A stretch of 53,675 bases of DNA, from contig CALYBB010000050.1 in assembly GCA_944393715.1 (NCBI GenBank), forward strand, positions 1-53,675, written 5' to 3'. The position numbers and the translations under genes were made by a program. This document shows positions 39,801-46,586 of this stretch, in pieces. Positions within the stretch are counted from its first letter, which is position 1. Each line of letters begins with the position of its first letter. The stretch comes from an uncultured Alphaproteobacteria bacterium (GTDB lineage: Bacteria; Pseudomonadota; Alphaproteobacteria; RF32; CAG-239). The notes beneath the pieces were generated by a model, which was given only the letters and a program-made list of their open reading frames with translations, searched no databases and was not told the origin of the DNA.

Positions 39801-39993
39801 GTATTACAAATGCAGCAATACCGATGTCCAGTCCGAAGCCTCTGCCGGAACAAACTGGTATACACAGGAGCAGTGCAGGGCGCAAGGCAGCGCGTGTTCT
39901 GTTTCGGGGATAGCCGAGACAATAAGCAGTTCTTGGACGCAGTCGGCTCAGGTTTATCCAAATTGCAGTTGTTCTGCCGGTGGCGGCAGCTGA
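33838..39993 (+). CDS. Giant secreted cysteine-rich repeat protein (2051 aa)
   Basis: N-terminal signal peptide; roughly 8-10% Cys by eye; acidic and Tyr/Gly-rich; many CxC..Y..C..GxG..C..YxxC modules. Confidence 0.92.
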   Translation: MSRIKIIFYAALALIVGSHEGYGAVRPITEAGNGFAVFGTAVPQRQSSEGCGDIAACTTSCSLSDNATGYQCEEAGQCCDNGQVVPAYKCPADFRYDASVDYPKEADFQICTGTNTGGYDGRWATKDPEACSNWTDNGTYLTKLSTNSSCDGNWGEHYVCIYSGQTRDFCVLNRTIGLQKCPDNNNYTTTPQQCSGGYNSALCYVDCGNGMFCEGYTCDLGNIPNCNDLIKEKREQGILYPTSLGDSGSSLRPYACLDQGVEKFIGFGMDKDGNECHGEYPIEDEYTCEEGNGKNANTCKVDGGTDRYRCGCNYEGEPQTYKTLQEHCGNNATCLQTNYGTGTLCTADKDADGNALYKYETFESEIELCSVLEQTSILTDLDGGTCEPVKDDVYEDITYPLLKVQCRILHEDTYETEILDKCQGCLALRDLTEAGGTCSPGTALVCPYQAAGSSPVAAGCQCPADDGWMTIAQWCEANGSDIDNCQSIIAGKGEECQIALFDGSYTDGGYYKEFECGEGYQTLAEFCAANPDISENHNCETDYIGLGAVCKAESPDDEKGWKYRGFGLSCSALPEESVMSDTENCLLEGEEEAYYEACYEKVEGELPVEKYVCKCPPSYGTECENDYEIRGGTKCVFDYDAAGSSITKYAQCYLVCGHEYASASSATAYGCPEIFGDYVSSIRGGTSNPEMCAVSDSRELSYICGCPDNFKTIDEWCESNYKDEGLDSASECISSYNGIGTSCSRDIKTDADGKPVEVLTKYAGYARYCPTDRPLYYGEEDCTYARGEYAYGCLDKDNVERVVCQCPLTWYAVDGTVQEGDICTTQGLGDRNFEAEPSGNYCELDGTEGIKYEECTAKCQPLLEEVALPSSYIYLDASTSTPTQNMCAKELGNGAVLGYGNQAYCSQNNTKMYPCYCPADFRECLKEENQEAAKDATSCSINGVTYWSECVPIACETPGPNLAVVDISTDVEAVFGAGAEFRICSSGDKVMKQVSCDTSVYTDTCEYPYEAPKDGSWCRYNTSGSMESGSQYYQAGACQVKKVLGACGQNIIEGETTRTDYAIFVAPSESECSALYGPGVSAQLCEYGADQGYKRAYNCYYDPDEFKYTTANCAVRHNLGGDYVIVNGQKRWRECNCSSAYQHHKFNCGGLLSGNTCQQEITRSLIASDPTLDESMLGQTLPFYPYCECSADYTEVCDEDGSGRYKGVGQACNGKYKSCECVPDELPLNWADNYYGCPGGRKPTGVWKDNGCGRKYYQCSVIECSWEYTEMCNAPQIPVGQPCQDNQGNIGGYKACACPSEYKLCPEGQVGQGEPCNLKGVSYYKSCKEEETCSSTVNNTCSGPLQIGINPCVRDDITYYERCVCANGYSEVCGDGEVGVGNYCELDGVKYYKECAKPEKNLCTPGHVTACGTNQESYSPCTEISEDGRPVVKYLCRCPGNWKSCDSGSGEKCVQKNSDGSETTYWSECNAQADTCSEYQEQTYQVCTSAQIGDGGSCASTIENSDGSSETVIKYASCQDTTNCLTNGFKYSCSGYDPATLGEFCVDANGNRLYKECPCPSGYTTCNGINTSKGKRCTPLLADGSFGPTVYASCECDQSKYKYTCQAEESGNVGIIPPDTQDYCEITEKVTQTSTDPETGATVSSTEEKKVRYYASCKCDSDYQYTCQNSSKGERVPDDYKNDYCEINSTKFYKGCDCSAEYNITAEECALNSGQKANSEGGSCTIRGLVPEISAEGEKTYKAKETLYQGCICKPSYSLTCTGNFYDQSDIEACTLNTNRPLYPRCQCSAEAQKKCIASGKNQGVIPDKNTVCTEMIADNSGGYTTEDKYMACTCKDEYTLFCVGDDKWDQSNEDYCDTGEEGADRTYRKCACNRQIYDNMVDMGGTDAKTYCESLGMIVSEKVASNEQYCTEYENSRGTLIYRYRPNRNLCCSGSNTEGYTQLDPSPYENLTELIKSYSQQGLEAKIKNLCGHEYNAVIIFDCNGYPYYKCSNTDVQSEASAGTNWYTQEQCRAQGSACSVSGIAETISSSWTQSAQVYPNCSCSAGGGS

Positions 39994-40105
39994 TGATTGA
40001 TCCTGTTTCTTGCTTAAAAACTTGTGTCGTACCTTTCAAACAAAGAAATGACAGAGCTTTTCAATAAACTGTTCCACGACGGGCAAGGTATAGAATATAA
40101 GTCTG

Positions 40106-43102
40106 TTACCTGCCGTTATTGTCCTGTTTGCTGTTAGGTTGTTGCCGAACCTGTTGCGGCTGAAGCTGATGGGTAACACGTTTGGACTGGTGTTTCTGGT
40201 CAATGACTCGTCCGAGAATTTGCCCGCGCAAAAGTTGTTTCTGTTCCGGTTTCAAATTATCGGCATGTTCCAAATGAAACAGGTTTTCCGCGCCTTGTTT
40301 GGCGTATTTAGGCAACAGCTTATAAGTGTCGTCTTTGCGCAGCTCTTCAGCCCCTTTGTCTTTATATTTATTGGCCAAATTAATGATTCCTGAAACCTTA
40401 AGGGATGATTTTGAATTTGCGTTAGCCAGTTCTATATTTTCATCTTTTAAGGTTTTCTCAATATAACGGTCGTTTTCAGCTTTCTGAGATTTATCCTGTT
40501 GAGTTTGTTTAGCCTCTTTTGCTTCTTTTCGGGCATCATCTTGCAAAGCCTTAGCAGCCGAAATCTCCAAGAGCGTGATGGTATCACTGTTCTTTTCTCC
40601 AAAAGTATTGACAATTTCTTTCGTGAAATTTAAATAGCCTTCGCCGCTTTTATCAAATTCGCCGGATTGAACTTTCTCAATGACTTTTAGTTTGGCCAAC
40701 TGTTCTGCCTCATCCTTAGAGTCTGTAACGGCACGGATCATCACCTTTTGAATGTTCTTTTCCTCATTTTCTTTATCTTTCGCAGGATTTGGTTTTCCTT
40801 CTTCAGGGCGGCCGTTCGACTGTTCTTTTTCGGATGCCTTATTTTCAATATTGAGCTTTTCGGTATCTTTTAGACGATTCTCATTCTCTTTGCGGTTAGA
40901 GTCCGCATCCTTCCTCTCTTCGCTTTTTTTATCTTCCGCAGCATTGGGAGTGTTTTCATTCTTTGCAGCATTTGGTTTTTCTTCTTCAGTTCGGCCGTTT
41001 GGCTGTTCTTTTTCGGATGCATTATTTTCAGTATTGAGCTTTTCGGCATCTTTCAAACGGTTCTCCACCTCTTCGCGGTTGGCGACAGCGATCTTTTGCT
41101 TGTTCAGTTCGGCCAAAAAGGCTTGTTGAGTCTTTTCAGAAAAACCGTTTTCCAAATTAACTTCTGTAATACCGTCTTTACCCAATTGCTCCACCAAAGC
41201 GCTGATTTCTTCAGCGGTCGGTTCACGCGTTTCGCCGTTTTGGTCTTGAGTAACGAGGTCATAACGAGATTTATCCTCAGCAATGTATAAATCCATCTTG
41301 TCGCCATTTGGGTAAGTTTGGCGTATATCGGGTTGAGCATTATCTTCGTTGTTATAATCAGGCACTTCATTTCCGACATTCGCCTGCACCTCGTTAACCG
41401 GTGTTTGTTCATTAACCGCCTTTTGTTCGTTGGCCGGTGTGTCTTTGAGCTCTTCTTCAGAATTTTCCTTTGTTCCTTCTCTGTTTTTAGGCAGCAATTT
41501 TTCTTTAATGGATTCAATTTCGCCGTCAGAAATACCGCGAGATTTCAACAAATTGTCAATATTCGGAAAACCCAACTCTTTGGCAACCTGTTGCAAGACA
41601 GCCTCATGAGTGATAATTTCTCTGTTATGTATTTGGTTATCCGACATCTGAGGATCATCCGTATCCGGCACCTGAGAAGCATTTTTATCCGGCATCTGAG
41701 TCTCAACCGTTTGCAAAACCCGCAACAGAGGATTTTTAGCGCATTCCTCATTATATCTTTGCTTCAGCAGAGCAACTCTGTTGTCAAGATTGACAGTAAA
41801 ACTGTCAAAATTTTTCGTTGCATTTTCAATATCATCATTGCCCAGAGAGCCAATCATCTCCTTTTTTTGTTCAGCCAAAGAATTTTCACGATTTTGGCAC
41901 GATTGCTGAATCTGCTTCAACATATTTTGATACATTGCACGAGCATCGGCTGTAGGCCGGTCAGAGATATATTCATTTTGTGCTTTATTGATCTTTTCCG
42001 ACAAACCACGACTGTAAGACTGCAGCTTTGTAATATTGGCATGATCCATCAAACGATTGGTCAGCTTTTCGGAAGATCCGAGATAAAGCGTTTGATAATA
42101 AGCAAGTTTAGCATTCGTGCCCAACTTTTTAAAAGCGTTTTTGCTCAGCCATTTATAAGATGCATTTTCACTTTTAAGATCAAGAACCTTATCAAGCCTT
42201 ATGGCTATCCGATCAAAACTTTTTCCTTTATAATCAACAATTTTTTTACGCAGCTTATAGTATCCGGTCTTTCGTCCGAGCCAGCTCCCATTAAGCTCTT
42301 TTTCTCCATAATAGGCCGCCGGATCAATGTCTCTTCTGGCTTTTTCCAATTTGCGCCGACGATTAAATTTCCATTTTGAGGTCTTATCTTTTTCTTCCTT
42401 CAAATTATCAATAAATCCGGCATAAGGATTTTTGCCATCTTCATAACCGGTAAAACGATTTGCAATAGCGGCTTTTTGTGCTTCTCGCAGCATGTAGTCG
42501 GCACTGTCCTTGGATTTTCCTTTTTGATATCTGTCCAACGCATCAGTCAATCCGAAATCATTTATTGTCGTAGGAGCGGCACCGGTAGGAGCCATGGAAT
42601 TTATCCTTCTATCCACGGCAAAATCGTTGAGAATCTTCTTAGCAATAGTTTCTTGAGGTTGAGCCTTTTTTACTTGATCATCCAACAAATTTTTCAGTTT
42701 GCCTAAGCTCTTTTCATCCGGAAAGACCAAGTTTCCTTCAGCCAGTTGCTCTATATAAAAATCAACATGAGCTTGAGACGAAAATTCGCCGTTCCTGAAT
42801 TCATTGCCGACAAACTCACGACGTTCGTTGTTGCTGAACATCTCATCAAGCCTGCTGCTCCCATCGTTCACGACAATTCTGTCTTCTCCGTCAGTGTTCT
42901 GAGGCTTTATGGGCTCACTTGCAGGAGCCTCGGAGGTTGTCATAGACTTAATTTTCTCTTCAAATCTTCTTTTGAGATCCTCGCGGTCAAAGGAAATCTT
43001 TCCTTCATCACTGGATAAATCATTCAAAGCATTATTAAGTCTTTCTACCGTCGCATCAGGGTTGCTTAAAATGCTTTCGTATTCTGAAAGATCCAAAGCC
43101 AT
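40106..43102 (-). CDS. Large hydrophilic coiled-coil/low-complexity protein (998 aa), candidate secreted effector
   Basis: K/E/N/Q-rich; no signal peptide or TM; internal repeat; Q-rich C-terminus ending NNGR; GGGGAG RBS. Confidence 0.85.
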   Translation of the reverse strand: MALDLSEYESILSNPDATVERLNNALNDLSSDEGKISFDREDLKRRFEEKIKSMTTSEAPASEPIKPQNTDGEDRIVVNDGSSRLDEMFSNNERREFVGNEFRNGEFSSQAHVDFYIEQLAEGNLVFPDEKSLGKLKNLLDDQVKKAQPQETIAKKILNDFAVDRRINSMAPTGAAPTTINDFGLTDALDRYQKGKSKDSADYMLREAQKAAIANRFTGYEDGKNPYAGFIDNLKEEKDKTSKWKFNRRRKLEKARRDIDPAAYYGEKELNGSWLGRKTGYYKLRKKIVDYKGKSFDRIAIRLDKVLDLKSENASYKWLSKNAFKKLGTNAKLAYYQTLYLGSSEKLTNRLMDHANITKLQSYSRGLSEKINKAQNEYISDRPTADARAMYQNMLKQIQQSCQNRENSLAEQKKEMIGSLGNDDIENATKNFDSFTVNLDNRVALLKQRYNEECAKNPLLRVLQTVETQMPDKNASQVPDTDDPQMSDNQIHNREIITHEAVLQQVAKELGFPNIDNLLKSRGISDGEIESIKEKLLPKNREGTKENSEEELKDTPANEQKAVNEQTPVNEVQANVGNEVPDYNNEDNAQPDIRQTYPNGDKMDLYIAEDKSRYDLVTQDQNGETREPTAEEISALVEQLGKDGITEVNLENGFSEKTQQAFLAELNKQKIAVANREEVENRLKDAEKLNTENNASEKEQPNGRTEEEKPNAAKNENTPNAAEDKKSEERKDADSNRKENENRLKDTEKLNIENKASEKEQSNGRPEEGKPNPAKDKENEEKNIQKVMIRAVTDSKDEAEQLAKLKVIEKVQSGEFDKSGEGYLNFTKEIVNTFGEKNSDTITLLEISAAKALQDDARKEAKEAKQTQQDKSQKAENDRYIEKTLKDENIELANANSKSSLKVSGIINLANKYKDKGAEELRKDDTYKLLPKYAKQGAENLFHLEHADNLKPEQKQLLRGQILGRVIDQKHQSKRVTHQLQPQQVRQQPNSKQDNNGR
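40776..41065 (-). repeat. Two diverged ~105-nt direct repeats, 183 nt apart, within the 998-aa gene
   Basis: ENRLKDAEKLNTENNASEKEQPNGRTEEEKPNAAK versus ENRLKDTEKLNIENKASEKEQSNGRPEEGKPNPAK. Confidence 0.9.
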
Positions 43103-43153
43103 TTTTCCTACTCCCCAAGATAAAACTATAACATCATAATACCAAAAAAATGA

Positions 43154-43179
43154 TTAAATGTCAGTTAATGTTTTGTTAA
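43154..43179 (-). promoter_or_regulatory. Tandem CtrA-type boxes (TTAA-N7-TTAA-N7-TTAA)
   Basis: TTAA at 43154, 43165 and 43176; minus strand reads TTAA-caaaaca-TTAAC. Confidence 0.65.
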
Positions 43180-43300
43180 ATTTTGTCAAAACAACGTCGC
43201 AGCATAAAAACATGTGCATAAATCCAGAGGATGCTTGTACTTTTTGACGCTATAATTTAGGCTTATAGCCAGAATTGAGTAAAATATTTAAGGCTCTTGA

Positions 43301-44182
43301 ATGAGAAAATTCGTTTACATAGCAGTTATAGCGCTGGGATGTATATTCCAGACGGATTCTTTTGCTGTGCAGTATGGCGATTTATATGGCGTTGAATGGT
43401 GCCCGTGCAATCCGGATGATCAATATGACCAAAACGGTTCTGTCGTTTTGGGCAAGACGGTAATGTGTCCTTGTGATTCAATGTACGAAGGTTACGATCG
43501 GACTATGGAAAAAGACCTCCGCAAAGTGCAGCATAAAGTTAAGCAAAAGGTAGAGCAGGCCAAAAATTTTAAATATTATGTCGGTTTTGATTACAACAAA
43601 TCGCAGATGGAAACATCGGCGGAAAAAATAGGTTTCAACAATCTGGTGTTTTCCCCGACCAACGGCTTTGAAGTCCCTTCGGATACTATTTTTGATGATC
43701 AAGATAATATTGGTATCGTAATCGGAACCCGTCCGCACAACAATTTTGGTATTGAGCTGTTCTACAACCGCACGTACAATGACAATACCGTTACCCAAAT
43801 TGACAACACCTCTCTCAACAATACCGACTACCATATGGTAAATACCTATATCACCAAATATCAGGCCTTTGGTCTGGATCTTTTGGGTTATCTTCCGGTA
43901 ACGGAATACTTTGATTTTATTGCTTTTGTCGGCTTGGGACAATATAACTTTGATACCGAAGCGCGTTTCGAAACGCATTATCTGGAAAGCGGCAACGCCG
44001 CACTTGACCAAGCGGAGTTTGATCTAAGCGAAGACAAAATTGCTTGGCGCGTCGGTTTAGGCTTTCAGTTCAATATTGCTCGAGGACTGGTTTTGCGCAG
44101 CATGTATCGTTATATCAGCTTAAATACCGATGCGATAGACTATCTGCAAGAGTTTTCGGTCGGGTTGAGGTTCTTGTTTTAG
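43301..44182 (+). CDS. Outer-membrane beta-barrel protein (OmpA-like 8-stranded family) with N-terminal CPC motifs
   Basis: Signal peptide; amphipathic strands; C-terminal GLRFLF BAM-type signal. Confidence 0.88.
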   Translation: MRKFVYIAVIALGCIFQTDSFAVQYGDLYGVEWCPCNPDDQYDQNGSVVLGKTVMCPCDSMYEGYDRTMEKDLRKVQHKVKQKVEQAKNFKYYVGFDYNKSQMETSAEKIGFNNLVFSPTNGFEVPSDTIFDDQDNIGIVIGTRPHNNFGIELFYNRTYNDNTVTQIDNTSLNNTDYHMVNTYITKYQAFGLDLLGYLPVTEYFDFIAFVGLGQYNFDTEARFETHYLESGNAALDQAEFDLSEDKIAWRVGLGFQFNIARGLVLRSMYRYISLNTDAIDYLQEFSVGLRFLF

Positions 44183-44206
44183 GAGCGCGGAAAAGGAATT
44201 TTGCAA

Positions 44207-45064
44207 ATGAAAAAAACATTTGTTTCAACAGTGGTTTTCAGCAGCCTTTTTCCGGCGATAGCCTTGGCTCAGACCTATTACAACGGTGGCTATTCCAATG
44301 TAGGAGCCTACGGTATTTCCGGCTATGCCAAACCACAGCCTTCTTATACTCCGGCGCAGGCAGTTTCGGGAAACGGCAATGCATCGTTGATGCAAAACTA
44401 TTTTCCGGGAAGCAGTTATTATGCGCCTCAGAAGCCTGAAGCCAGAAAACAGCGCGAAATAGGCTCAATATCTGTCGGTGCGGATTATGTTTTAGGATAT
44501 GCTTCCTACGAAACGGTTGATTATACGATTGAATCGGCGCTTAACGGCGGCAACGACTATACATCAGACACCAGAAATTTTGACCGTAGTTTTAATTCTA
44601 TTTCGCTGAATATCGGTTGGCGGCCGCTCAGATATGTGGGCATTGAGGCTTTTTATTCAACATCTCTGGATGAAGATAAAGTTACTCATACCGAGAGCTA
44701 CAGCCAGTATCCTGAATTTGCTCGTGGTGAATATACAGTCTCATATAAGGTCTATGGTCTTGATTTGTTGGGCTATGTTCCCATAAATGACGATATTGAG
44801 TTTATAGCCTCAATCGGTGTCGGCAAATACGATGCCACGGCAAAGGTCAAGATCATGGCTTATGAGGGTATTTCAACCAACGAACTGCGTTCAACCAGCA
44901 AAGAATTTGAAGACTCTTCGGTCGCCTACCGTATCGGCGGTGGCTTCCAAATATGGTTGAGCAAGCATTTGACCCTGCGCGTCATGGGGCGTTGGAGCAG
45001 CATCGGCGGCGATTTTATGAGCTATATAACGGAAATCAATGCCGGTGTCAGGTACCATTTCTAA
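44207..45064 (+). CDS. Outer-membrane beta-barrel protein, paralog of the upstream gene
   Basis: Signal peptide; shared GIE.FY, GLDLLGY.P and A.R.G.GFQ segments; ends GVRYHF. Confidence 0.9.
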   Translation: MKKTFVSTVVFSSLFPAIALAQTYYNGGYSNVGAYGISGYAKPQPSYTPAQAVSGNGNASLMQNYFPGSSYYAPQKPEARKQREIGSISVGADYVLGYASYETVDYTIESALNGGNDYTSDTRNFDRSFNSISLNIGWRPLRYVGIEAFYSTSLDEDKVTHTESYSQYPEFARGEYTVSYKVYGLDLLGYVPINDDIEFIASIGVGKYDATAKVKIMAYEGISTNELRSTSKEFEDSSVAYRIGGGFQIWLSKHLTLRVMGRWSSIGGDFMSYITEINAGVRYHF

Positions 45065-45849
45065 AGCAATCTCTTATCATTTACCACCTCTTTGAGGCGC
45101 TTTTCAGCCAAAAGGCAATACTCAGGGTTGTTATCAATCCCGACAAATTTTCGCCCGAGTTTTAACGCCGCCACACCGGTCGTTCCGCTTCCCATAAAAG
45201 GATCAAAAACCGTATCACCCTCGTGAGTAGAAGCTTCAATAATTCGGGTCAGCAGTGCCAAAGGTTTCTGTGTCGGATGACGGCCGAGCTTTTTTTCCTC
45301 CGGCGGTGTGGCGGCAATGGCCCAGACACTGCGCATCTGATGATGCGGTTTTTTTAGAATATCTTTGGGAAAATTACCGTCTTTCATTGCCGGATAATTA
45401 AAATAATGTTTGGCCTTTTTGGCCTTGCGCGCCCAGAGCAAACTTTCATGACTGGCGGTGAAATATTTGCACGACAGATTAGGGCTGGCATTGGGCTTAA
45501 ACCATATAATATCATTCAAGATATGGTATCCGAGCTGTTGCATGGCATAGCCGCAGGGGTGAATACTGTGATAAGTCCCCGAAACCCAAAGAGTTCCGTT
45601 AGGCTTTAACAACCGCCGACATTCTTTGAGCCAACGTTTGTGAAATTCGAAATTTGCTTCAACCCCTTGGCAATAATCCCAATTTCCTTTATTGATTGAT
45701 ACCAGTTTACCGTTTTGGCAGCTGGTGCCAACATTGGAAATCATATAAGGCGGATCGGCAAAAATCATGTCAAAACTTTCGTCAGACATGTCCTGCATAA
45801 CCTCAAAACTATCCTGATTATATATTTTATAATCCGCCGCCATAGTCAT
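45061..45849 (-). CDS. Beta-class N6-adenine DNA methyltransferase, DpnA-like (probably GATC), orphan
   Basis: IFADPPY N-terminal; HPTQKP and DPFMGSGTT C-terminal; PNLSCKYF and LWARK..KAKHYFNY resemble DpnA rather than CcrM. Confidence 0.88.
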   Translation of the reverse strand: MTMAADYKIYNQDSFEVMQDMSDESFDMIFADPPYMISNVGTSCQNGKLVSINKGNWDYCQGVEANFEFHKRWLKECRRLLKPNGTLWVSGTYHSIHPCGYAMQQLGYHILNDIIWFKPNASPNLSCKYFTASHESLLWARKAKKAKHYFNYPAMKDGNFPKDILKKPHHQMRSVWAIAATPPEEKKLGRHPTQKPLALLTRIIEASTHEGDTVFDPFMGSGTTGVAALKLGRKFVGIDNNPEYCLLAEKRLKEVVNDKRLL

Positions 45850-45922
45850 CCCTTTCTGTTTTTGCAGGCAGTATGCTCTTTTCAGACTTTTTGCGCAACC
45901 TTAAATTAGCTTTAATCCAAAC

Positions 45923-45956
45923 AAAAACCCGCCGAAACGAAAATCAGCGGGTTTTT
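45923..45956 (-). terminator. Terminator after the Cys-rich lipoprotein gene
   Basis: aaaaacccgc...gcgggttttt stem. Confidence 0.75.
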
Positions 45957-45972
45957 AAGGGGTTATAGAGGT

Positions 45973-46464
45973 TTATTTGACATCATTGAGGAGAATTTTT
46001 TCATCGTCAATAACCTCTATTCTCTCAGGCTGTGATGCCACGGAATGATAAGGGGCCTTTTCGTAGCTGACCTGAGAATAGGTCTTCGGCTCGTAAACCG
46101 TTTTATAGGTTGTCTTTTTATAGACGATTTCTACTGGTTCGCGAGTTTCGGTAATTTTTGCCTCACACGGATTGCAAGTCCCGCAGGCATTGCAGCTGCC
46201 GCATGCCGGCTGGGCACAGACAACCGGAACCGGCTGACAAGCAGGGCAGGGACGTGACTCGCGGTAACGAATCGGACGTGCAACCGGTCGGGGTGTTCTC
46301 TTATAAACATAGCGATAGCAAGTTTTGCCGTCAAAATAATCGCAATCCGTCGCAGGAGCAGCAGCAACAGTACGATAAGTCGTTACGGGAGCCTCTTCTT
46401 CACATTCAAAACAGGCACAGGCCGAAACAATGGCGGACAAAGCGATAACGAACAGTTTCTTCAT
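45973..46464 (-). CDS. Cysteine-rich lipoprotein
   Basis: MKKLFVIALSAIVSAC lipobox; CPACQPVPVVCAQPACGSCNACGTCNPC segment. Confidence 0.85.
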   Translation of the reverse strand: MKKLFVIALSAIVSACACFECEEEAPVTTYRTVAAAPATDCDYFDGKTCYRYVYKRTPRPVARPIRYRESRPCPACQPVPVVCAQPACGSCNACGTCNPCEAKITETREPVEIVYKKTTYKTVYEPKTYSQVSYEKAPYHSVASQPERIEVIDDEKILLNDVK

Positions 46465-46586
46465 ATTAATTCCCCATAAATAGAATTGTCAATTTTGTCT
46501 AAAATGCTGTCATTTTTGTTTAATATATACTTTTTATATAAAAAATCAACCTTTTTTTCTATTTTTTTGTCATTTTTGTAAAAAAA

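Noticed and set aside
33838-39993. Multiheme cytochrome, autotransporter or RTX adhesin
   Set aside because: No CxxCH series, no C-terminal barrel ending in an aromatic residue and no GGxGxD repeats were seen
40776-41065. DGR template/variable repeat pair
   Set aside because: Differences are not confined to adenines, both copies are in frame in one gene, and no reverse transcriptase is present in the window
41318-42379. 353-aa plus-strand ORF
   Set aside because: Antisense shadow of the K/E/N-rich 998-aa gene; its F/I/L-rich composition follows from the complementary codons
45061-45849. CcrM cell-cycle methyltransferase
   Set aside because: Lacks the CcrM C-terminal domain and the PMPNF motif; has DpnA-like PNLSC instead
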